Shown here: one piece after another, positions 53,926 to 64,000 of the stretch | How the letters are laid out: each line of letters begins with the position of its first letter | Numbering within the stretch: position 1 is the first letter of the stretch | NCBI GenBank assembly: GCA_951406725.2 | Contig: OX597826.1 | Coordinates: 47,182,001 to 47,246,000, forward strand | From: Octopus vulgaris | Lineage: Eukaryota | Reading direction: 5' to 3' | Length of the DNA: 64,000 nucleotides | The notes under the pieces: model-generated | What the model saw: only the letters and a program-made list of their open reading frames with translations | Databases searched by the model: none | What the model was told of the DNA's origin: nothing | Made by a program: the position numbers and the translations under genes

Positions 53926-54504
53926 TGCTGCTATTGTTCACAGTTATGGTAGTTTTTGTTTTTTTTGTTTTTTTGTTTCGTCATATTTTGTTGTTATTGA
54001 TTGTTTTCTTTACTGTCCTTAAAATAGTTTTTGCCTTAGTTACTGTTTTTTATTAACGATATTCTTGTCGTTGTTATTGATAGTGCTAGTGGTGATGATA
54101 ATGATCATGTTGGTGACCATAGTGATAACGATAGCGGTGATGATGATGACAGCAACGGCGGCAGTGGTGGTGGTTGTGTTATTTAAAACTTTTGTTCTTA
54201 CTGTAGGTTTATGCTCTTGTCGTTTTTGTTACTATTAATATTTTGATTTTACTGTAATTGTTGTTACTGGTTTTGTTATTGAGCGACTCGTTAATGTATT
54301 ATTAGTCTTTTACTTGTTTCAGTCATTTGACTGTGGCCATGCTAGAGCACCGCATTTAGTCGAGCAAATCAACACTAGGACTTATTTATTGTAAGCCTAG
54401 TATTTATTCTATATGCAAAGTGTATTACAATTTAAATAAGCTCCAGGATAATTTGCATGCCACTGACCAATGACAGGACTTAGAATAACAACAAAATATA
54501 AATA

Positions 54505-54645
54505 TGTATTTCAAATTTTGACACAAGGCCAGCAGATTCAGGAAAGAAGCTAAATTGATTACATCGACTCCCACTACTGATTCTATTGATACCGAGTGGA
54601 TGAAAGACAAAGTATATCTAGGCGACATTTGAACAGTGAACGCAA
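54505..54645 (-). mobile_element. SINE family B, degenerate
   Basis: TTCAAATTTTGACACAAGGCCAGCA..GATGAAAGACAAAGT. Confidence 0.65.
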
Positions 54646-54765
54646 GAAAAAAAATAAATTTGAACAGAGAACGCAAAAAAATTAATTTGAAAAGAGAACG
54701 CAAAAAAATTAATTTGAACAGAGAACGCAAAAAAATTAATTTGGACAGAGAACGCAAAAAAATAA
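54627..54765. repeat. 27-bp minisatellite x5 derived from the SINE B B-box region
   Basis: Unit AATTTGAACAGAGAACGCAAAAAAATT. Confidence 0.9.
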
Positions 54766-56036
54766 TAAATCTTACCACATATTACTAAATGGGTTAATAC
54801 AACTCGTCACAAGTTTTTTTCCTATTACAACCTATAAATTTATTATAATAAATAGTTTTTCGAAGATTGGCCGCATTCGTAGAGATGCATTAAATTATTT
54901 CATGGTTGGTTTCGAAATATCGAACTGTGGTTCGATCTGGGCACTAATCTTTGGTCGAACCAGTCTTCGTTTCTGATATCCTGACACGAAATTGTTACTA
55001 TTGCTGTGTCTGTTACTTCAATATCTGCTGTTGTTATTGAATCAGCTGGTTTAGATAAAACCCTGCTTCTGCTGCTACTGCTGTTGTCATTTAATACTTT
55101 ATTCTATATGGATAACTTTCAGTAAATATATATCTATTAAACTTCATGCACCACTAAATATTTCTATATAATATCATGCTTCGTAGTTCCCACATCTTTC
55201 AATCATTTTCATATGAATTTTAAAGATATTTATTTGCTTTTCTTTTGCCTTGTCTCGCTTTCCTATTTTCCTTCGTCTCTTAATATGCGCCTATTTTCTT
55301 TCATATATATGTGAATATGTGTTTTTAGGTATGTAAGTATACATGGTTTTATGCAAAGTTTGTATGTATGCATCTTTGTTCAATGCACGTGTGTTTATAT
55401 GAATATATTTACCTATATATACACATATATACATACACATATATATACATACACACGTATATATACATGTATGCATGTATATATATATATGTATATATAT
55501 GTAGACACACACATATAAACATATATATGTATTATGTATGTATTCATGTATACATGCATGCATTCATGTATATACATGAACATATAGATCGAAACATAAC
55601 TATATATATATATATATACAAATATATATAACTTATATATGTGTATGTATACCTTCATATTCATAAACATAAATACGTATATATGTGTATGTTTGTCTGT
55701 ATATGTATGTATGTACGTATGCATGTATGCAAGTATGCAAGTATAAACAGAAATGCTTATTTTAATATGTTACTGGTTCCAACCTGTCAGTTGCCGCCAT
55801 GCTGGGGCATCGCTATCCAATTCATGCGCATATTTTTATATTTATAAATATATTTAATTTCACATCACATAGAGTTACTTCATGAACGCTCACACAAAGT
55901 TCTCTGTGTCGACTGCTTTAAGCTAAAAAGTTATTAAATCCAGTAACACGGTAAGAATTACAAACAAATTTACATGTTTAGATTTCATTCCAAATATACC
56001 TAACCTCCACCTCCGAAAAATATTAATCGAAGTTTC

Positions 56037-56071
<35 letters not shown>

Positions 56072-56115
56072 TATATACATATATATATGAAAAAAAAGAG
56101 ACAGAGAGAGATGTG

Positions 56116-56174
<59 letters not shown>

Positions 56175-57122
56175 TTATTTTTTTTTACATGCGTGTATGT
56201 ATGTGTGTGTACGAGTATTTATATGTTACTATACTCTGGTTCATAATATTTAATATATATTTCAACAGGAAAATGAAGTTCATTTTGTACTTGGATAATT
56301 TTAATATTAACGCTTATAAGGGCTGTGGTTATTTGCCAGCAACTACAGTACATCACACAAACCACTATCCAGTGTTAAACTTTCTTAGTTGAAGTCTCAC
56401 CAGGGATCGAATTGGCAGTATATCTGCCTCTCGCAGGTTGTTCACCCTCTCCTGACATGTTCTGCAAAGGCAAACGTCTAAAATATTTTTACCACCGCTT
56501 TATTTCTTTTAATGCTTTACATGTCGTTTAGTTTGATGAATGCTGTATGGAAACATAAAGTATAAGTTTAACTGTCCTTTTATAAATATTATATAGGTAA
56601 CAGAATAATAAAGGAAAATAATAAGGAAAGCTTTAATTTATTGTTCTACTTCTGTACCGCAATGTTTCAAGTGAACTACAACGGTATTGTTTTAGAGGTA
56701 ATTTATTTTTTATAGTAATTATGTCTTTATTGATTGGTTTTGTCTAAATTCACACCGCTGTTGAATCTGACTATTTCTCCACGCACATTTTTTTTTTGTA
56801 TAATTATGCAGGTTAGCCTTGGCCATAGATTCTTTTCTTATATGTAGTTAAGTCTTATGTTTGCTCGTTTCTGAGTAGGACAACTGCTATGTTGATGGTG
56901 CCTATTGAGATAGAAACACGGGGCTACAACTGTTAATTATATCTCTAAGAAAAAATAAGATGGTCTTTGTAGAATGGCAAATTTTGATTCATGAAACTAT
57001 TGCCTCTGCTCCTATGTAGGAAATTTCATATCACAATTTCTACCAAAGAAATAATTTGAATAAAGCAAGAATATGTGTTTTGTATCATACTCAATAAGAT
57101 TTTATTCTTGTTTGCTTTGTAA

Positions 57123-57163
<41 letters not shown>

Positions 57164-57339
57164 TTGTATGCTTATGCACGCGAGGCGATGCACAAGGGGT
57201 GGGAGTTTGCGGGTAGACATGCATGGAGTAGTTCTGGGGATTGATTTGTGGCATTGTTCACGGGGTTAATGTGTAACTGTGACCTTGGTGCAGGCGGTGT
57301 TAGGGGTGGTTGGTACTAAAGCGGTATATCCGGGTTGTC

Positions 57340-57520
57340 GGCGGCCAGAACTTTTTAATTTTATCTCCCTGTTTATTTCTGTGTTCCTTTCTGTCGAAGA
57401 GCGTAGGCTCGAAACGTAAAAGACTTTCTCACTTCCCGAGCGTTAAATTAATACATCTCTTTGTTATTTACACTCCGTCTTTGTCTTCTGTCTTTTTTTT
57501 TTGTAAATTCTCACTATATA
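57340..57520 (+). mobile_element. P1 element
   Basis: Near-identical to 46270-46440. Confidence 0.8.
57387..57422 (+). ncRNA. Minimal type I hammerhead motif, A6U variant (best P1 copy)
   Basis: CTTT-CTGTCGA-A-GAGC(gtag)GCTC-GAA-ACGT-A^AAAG; palindromic stem III. Confidence 0.7.
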
Positions 57521-57555
57521 TATATCTGTGTGTGTGTGTGTGTATGTGTGTGTGT

Positions 57556-57599
<44 letters not shown>

Positions 57600-57802
57600 A
57601 AATCCATCATTAGTGCGTCGAGCTTAGCAGCATTTCTATCGGGTCTTTAAATTCTGAAGATCTAATAGTAACTTTTAAGTACCAAATAGGGATTTTCTGC
57701 ATGTAATACAGTCGATGGAAACAAATTTCCTTTAGTGACACAGAAACAGAGAGAGGGATACATAAAGAGAAAGTTAGACAAATCGATAAATAGATATATA
57801 AT

Positions 57803-58000
<198 letters not shown>

Positions 58001-58534
58001 AGAGAAAAACAGAGGGAGAGAAGAGTAGCGTGTACTTCGTGTGTGCGCTGAATTTATAGATAGGCTAACTGTAGATATTCAATAACAAAACTTAAGAATT
58101 CATAATCAGCAACGCAATTAACTGAACTGTATTATGCTGAATTCCCATTGAAGATGTTATTTCTTATCTGAATGCTATATATATTTTTAAAAAAGCAAAT
58201 AAATATTGAAATTTGTAAACAAATTCACCAAACATCAATACCACAGATATATTTTCATATTTTTATTACACGTCGTTCATATGGTAACATGTGCAAGACA
58301 TTAAATGGTTTCACCGGCAAATACTTAACTGTATATTCCGGAAGTTTGCTGTAAAATAAATTCATTTTCTGCGTTGTAACCGCCTCTTTTCAAACATTAA
58401 AAACAATTTCCTGAAACACATACGTAATGATTTTAGCATAGGTGTAAGACGACTAGTTATGGGTGAAGGAACAGACGATTAAATTACCCTCAGCATATGA
58501 CTGGTTGATATAATATAAGTGGTATAATATAAGA

Positions 58535-58722
58535 AGCTGTCATAATCGTTAGCATGCCGGGCAAAATGCGCCTTTACGTTCTGAGTTCAAATTCCGCCGA
58601 CGTCGACTTTGCCTTTCATCTTTTTGAGATCGATAACATAAGTAGCAGTTGAGCAAAGGGGTCGATGTTGTGCCGCCCCCAACGTCCCTAATTGCTGGCC
58701 TTATGCCAAAATTTGAAACCAA
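58535..58722 (+). mobile_element. SINE family B
   Basis: GTTCTGAGTTCAAATTCCGCCGACGTCGACTTTGCCTTTCATC. Confidence 0.85.
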
Positions 58723-59004
58723 TATGATATAAATGCTAGAATTAATCTCTAATCCAATTTAACACTACTGCATACGCTGTTATTGGGTGGCTTTAAGGAA
58801 GATCATTTTCGTGCAATCACCTGGTTCTAGGCAGTGGTTTAACAACGCCTTCTTCTCTGCCTTCTACCACACTCGGAACTGTGAAAGAAGTCATGATAAT
58901 TGCTCTTCCACCTTAGCTGTCGGTCGGAATCGTGGATGAGCTTGTACCTTACTGTTGCTTAGTCTTTTAGGCACCTGCACCATGTGTATAACTTTGGAGT
59001 CATG

Positions 59005-59690
59005 GGTAAGACTTTAAACTGCATATGGTAACGAGGTCCTGTTCGAGAGTTCCGAGGTTCAGAAGAGTGTGAAACTATCTCTTAACTATCATTATCCCCG
59101 TGCGTACTCTGACCCGTAGTAGCATCACTTGTCAGGGTTCTAGCTATGGATTAATTAGAAGTTCAGGGCTTCCCTACCTACGAATATGAAGACTTGGTCC
59201 GGCGGACTCTCCAGAAGAAACCTGCATGGTTCAAAGGGAAGGAAGGCAGCTGTTGCAACGCATTATAGAGTGCAGGGAGTAAGAAGAGACAACCACTTTG
59301 TCATCCTCCTCCTCTTTACCTCCCTTTTCATCCCCCTGCTCTTCACCTGATCTTCACAGGAGTGAACTTAGTTACGAAAGGACAGAGCGAGGTCGACGGT
59401 ACGCAACACTTCTCTTAAAGCAAAGTCAGTGCTTAAGTTATCAGTCACCTTGAAGGATAATCAGATGATACTCGGCTCTCTAATGGACCAGCAAACTGAT
59501 GACTATGTAATCGCCAACAGGCATAGATTTTACACTCGATTATTTTACCATCGCCCCAGAGGAATATTAAGGGCGTGACCGCTATCCCAACTTGAGGTGA
59601 TTGTATTATCCGTTTACATCAACTTCAGTCCGTCACCGATGGCTTAACAGGGTGAATCTTCGAGGTCACTGTCAATAATATCCTTGTTGA
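59005..59690. mobile_element. Old SINE-like fragment followed by a possible CR1/L2-like LINE remnant
   Basis: CTGAC..GTCAG hairpin at ~59109-59135; weak minus-strand RT C-terminal-like peptides; heavily decayed. Confidence 0.3.
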
Positions 59691-59734
59691 AGAATAATAA
59701 ATCTTTATTCTACAAAAGGGTAAACTAAAACTTC

Positions 59735-59850
59735 AGATTCATGTAAATCCACTCACAAGGCTTTAGACGGCCCGAAGCTGTAGCAGAAGTCACTTGCCCA
59801 GATGCCGCACAGTGGGACTGAACCTGGAACAGTGGGGTTAGGAAGCAACC
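59735..59850 (-). mobile_element. SINE family A head fragment
   Basis: AAATCCACTCACAAGGCTTT..CACTTGCCCA..CAGTGGGACTGAACC. Confidence 0.8.
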
Positions 59851-59884
59851 AAATATGTGTTTATGTGTGTATACATATGTATGT

Positions 59885-60120
59885 ATTGGTTTCAATTTTT
59901 GGCACAAGGCCAGCAACTTCAAGGAAGAGGTAAATCTATTGCATCTACCCCAGTACCCCCAGTATCCCAGTATCCCAGTACTAAACTAAAACTTATTTTA
60001 TCGACCCGCGAATGGATGAAAGGTAAAGCCGACTTCATCGGAATTTGAACTCAGAACATAAATAGAGAGAAAATTCCAAGTATTTTGCCCTTCGCGCTAA
60101 TACTTCTACCAGCTGGCTGC
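59885..60120 (-). mobile_element. SINE family B, degenerate
   Basis: TTTTGGCACAAGGCCAGCA..GGATGAAAGG..GGAATTTGAACTCAGAAC. Confidence 0.8.
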
Positions 60121-60239
60121 TTTAGTTGAGTGTGTGTGTATGTGCGTGCGTGTGTGTGTTGTGTGTGTGTGTTGTGTGGTGTGTGTGTGTGTGTGTTGTG
60201 TGGTGTATGCGTGTGTGTGTGTATTACATATTTACCGGA

Positions 60240-60925
60240 CTCTACATGTGTTGATGTGCTACTAATAGTTTCATATGTTGAGAAATATCCGAGGCATACG
60301 CATCAGGCATAAATCACATGTAATAACAAACTAAAAAAAATTAATAAAAGTAGAAACACGAAAAATCTGAGATGGCAGCATACAGAAAATGCGGAAGATT
60401 AAAAAAAACGGAAAACGAAAAAGTAACAGCTAAAATGTAAAAAATAAAAAAAAAACGGTGAAGGAATTATGCTTCTTAGACGTTAAATTAGAAGCCTGGA
60501 AGGATATCAACAGATATAGGCAAAATTTTTCAATTCTTCAAAATATATTTATACATTTGTCTAAGTCTGAAATTTATAGCAGTTGCAAACATATGTATAC
60601 ATATATTTTGAAGAATTGGAAAATTCAGTGTATGCCTGATTAACTTGATATCTTTTCAACCTTGCAATTTAAGGTCTAAGGAGGATTACTCTTTTACCTT
60701 TTTACTTTTTCCTTCTCTTCTTTAATTTTTCGTTTTCTTCTTTTTTTTGTTTTTCGTTTTCCGTTTTAACCTTCCGCGCTTTCTATATGCAGCCTTCTCA
60801 GCCTTTTTCTCGTTTCTTCTCTCATTCAGTCATTTTAGTTTGCTCTGATATGTGGTTTGTGCCTGATGAATATGTTTGAGATATTTCTCATCATATGAAA
60901 CTACGAGTAACACTTAAAGACAAGT
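60240..60925. mobile_element. ~680-bp diverged palindrome with a hammerhead motif at each end
   Basis: Arms match by eye (e.g. CAATTCTTCAAAATATAT / ATATATTTTGAAGAATTG); hammerheads at 60244-60321 (-) and 60858-60913 (+). Confidence 0.8.
60858..60913 (+). ncRNA. Type I hammerhead motif
   Basis: TGTGC-CTGATGA-ATATG..TGAGA(tatt)TCTCA..CATAT-GAAAC(tacga)GTA^ACAC; first stem I pair is mismatched. Confidence 0.7.
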
Positions 60926-61029
60926 ATTGTGTTTTTTAAGTAAATAATATTTTTGTCTCACCAGATGCAGTAGTTGTTCTTGTTGTTCTTTCTATCACAT
61001 ACATATATATGTTGATTCGTTAGCTACTG

Positions 61030-61321
<292 letters not shown>

Positions 61322-61322
61322 G

Positions 61323-61354
<32 letters not shown>

Positions 61355-61851
61355 GACGTTTAAATATCAAATACAATCGATTCACCCAACAAAAGAACTT
61401 CACTAGATTTACTGTTGGCCCTCATGACAAAAGACACTGTTCCATCTGGTCTCCATATATTCGCTCAAGAATCTTGAATTCGGTCTTCCAGCTTAGCCAA
61501 AATATAATGAATAAAAACAGGTGTTTTCTTTTAAGAACCTACTTTCAGAAAGAGTTGATAAGTCTTGTACTAGTTCCATGCATTAAAAGCTATCTAAATG
61601 TTTAAATGTTTTTGGGAAAAGTGGAACTGTAGGGGTACATACATAAATCTTTAATATTTAAGGTGCGTGTAACAAGAAATATATATTTAATAATCATCTA
61701 CGACGTAATTGAATGATTTATGTTTAATTAAACTTATTTCCACGCATGATGTCATATCAGCAAACAAACATACGGAGACCTATACACACACAAACACATA
61801 TACATATATAAACATGTATACATACATAAATAGATGTACGATATGTATATG

Positions 61852-61900
<49 letters not shown>

Positions 61901-61948
61901 TATACAGACAGACAGACATACATACATATAAACATACATACATATATA

Positions 61949-61983
<35 letters not shown>

Positions 61984-62469
61984 GCATGCATGTATAATAT
62001 GTATGTGAGCGTGTGTTGGGTGGATGTGCATGTGTGTAAGTCACCGTGTATACATGAGAACAAATGTAATTACATAAATAACTAGAATATATACACACTA
62101 TACATAGCAATACACATGCTGCATGTGTAATTTTAATTAAACGTATATAAATGATTAGCAACTTTAATTCTGCCATAATTTTTCATTTATGTTTTTCGTA
62201 TATACCATTACCACCACTTGACGCACTTACTACATGCATATAATTATATATAGCTACTCTTATACATTCTTACACACACGCACACACACACATATATTTA
62301 TACACACGCATATATATATATATAACGAGAGAGAGAGAGAGAACGACAGGGGAGAGAGAGAGGGAGAGAGAGTGATGCATATATACAAATATATTTCCAT
62401 ACACACATATTTACGTACACATACATATACTCATATATTTATATATACATGTGTGTGTGTGTGCGTGTT

Positions 62470-62513
<44 letters not shown>

Positions 62514-62589
62514 CGTGTGTGTGTATGTTCGCGTGTGTATGTATGTACAAAACCATTTATATTCAATGATCTGTTTCTAACAATACCAT

Positions 62590-62978
62590 TCTTTTACTTC
62601 TTTTAATTGATTCAAACATTAGACTGCGGTCATACTGGAGCACCGCCTTGAACTTTAGTCGAACAAATCGACTCCATTGTTAAAAAGTAACTAATACTTA
62701 TTCTATCGGTTTCTTTTGCTGAAAGGCTACATTACGAGGGAAGCAAACCCACTAGCACCAGTTGTCCGGCGGTAAAAGAGGACACACACACACACACGTT
62801 CATACATGATATATGCGACGGGGCATCTTTCAGTTTCCGTCTACCAAATCCATTCACAAATCTTTGGTTGGACCAAAGCTTCAGCAGAAGACATTTGCCC
62901 AAGGTGCAACAGGATGGGACTGAACTGGGTACAGTGTGTTTACGAAACAAACTTCTTAACACTGCGCCACACCTGCGC
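62590..62978 (-). mobile_element. SINE family A, older copy
   Basis: Reverse complement colinear with the adjacent 63061-63470. Confidence 0.85.
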
Positions 62979-63060
62979 CAATCTGTTCTATTTTTTCTTT
63001 CATATTTGAACTCTTAGTAACTCTAGACAGAAATGTTACCCTACAGGAGTAACCCTATAG

Positions 63061-63470
63061 GCGCAGGAGTGGCTGTGTGGTAAGTAGCTTGTTTACCAAC
63101 CACATGGTTCCGGGTTCAGTCCCACTGCGTGACACCTTGGGCAAGTGTCTTCTACTATAGCCTCGGGCCGACCAATGCCTTGTGAGTGGATTTGGTAGAC
63201 GGAAACTGAAAGAAGCCCGTCGTATATATGTATAGATATATGTGCGTGTGTTTGTGTGTCTGTATTTGTCCCCCTAGCATTGCTTGACAACCGATGCTGG
63301 TGTGCTTATGTCCCCGTTACTTAGCGGTTCGGCAAAAGAGACCGATAGAATAAGTACTGGGCTTACAAAGGAATAAGTCCTGGGGTCGAGTTCCTCGATT
63401 AAAGGCGGTGCTCCAGCATGGCCGCAGTCAAATGACTGAAACAAGTATAAGAGTAAAAGAGTAAAAGAGT
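63061..63470 (+). mobile_element. SINE family A reference copy (tRNA head, CORE-like CCTTGGGCAAGTG, internal microsatellite, (AAAGAGTA)n tail)
   Basis: A-box TGGCTGTGTGG, B-box GGTTCAGTCCC; about 14 related copies or fragments in the window. Confidence 0.93.
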
Positions 63471-63887
63471 ATACAGTGTGCAAATGCCTCTCTTGTCTTT
63501 CTGTAAAATATCCTCGCATCATGAAGAATTTGATATAGAAGCATAGAATTACAAAACTCTTCGACCATTTTTGGATACGAAAAAATGCAGAAAACGTAAT
63601 TACAATTACACTCAGATTGCAAGAGCTCTGACTCCATATTGGTCTGCCGTAAATGTCCTCGTTTGTTTTCGGCACATTTCGACAAAGTACTAACATCTGC
63701 TGACGAAAAAGACATACTGCTTTTGTTATGTCTCGTAGAAGAACAATATTCAATATGTTCTGTTTACAAAGCTATGTTTATTGCTCTGTTGTTAATGGCA
63801 TTGTCGCTGTTCTGATAATTGAATTTGGAATTGTTGCTATTTTATGATCTAGTATTTTCCTCATTGTTGTTGTCGTCGTCGTTGTCG

Positions 63888-63940
<53 letters not shown>

Positions 63941-64000
63941 ATTCGTGTTGTTTTGATTCTGGTAACACAGATCTGTGGATTATCCGTGGCCATCTATTCC

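Noticed and set aside
54627-54765. CRISPR-like short repeats
   Set aside because: Contiguous tandem units without unique spacers; eukaryotic SINE-derived.

Overview
This is AT-rich, microsatellite-saturated animal DNA. The repeat families (tRNA-derived CORE-like and Meta-like SINEs, R4/Dong, RTE, Tx1 and Penelope remnants, long TA/CA/ATT/TAGA tracts) suggest a coleoid cephalopod, probably Octopus; this is an inference. I found no host protein-coding exon, rRNA, intact tRNA or CRISPR array, so the window looks intronic or intergenic. Nearly all listed ORFs are microsatellite artefacts, and the few with real homology are transposon fragments. The main signal is a dense set of about a dozen type I hammerhead-ribozyme motifs in at least six short-element families, most of them sitting in (TA)n or (ATT)n tracts. 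They include a 397-nt tandem retrozyme-like unit (20202-20780), a family with an atypical CUGUYGA core, and fold-back palindromes that pivot on the ribozyme. A decayed Penelope GIY-YIG ORF (7740-8390) represents the likely mobilising clade. Other notable items are a ~550-bp non-autonomous (TAA)n-associated element linked to R4/Dong, SINE multimers with a fixed junction, SINE tail swapping, inverted SINE pairs and a 34-bp hairpin. All alignments were done by eye, and the boundaries of decayed elements are approximate.
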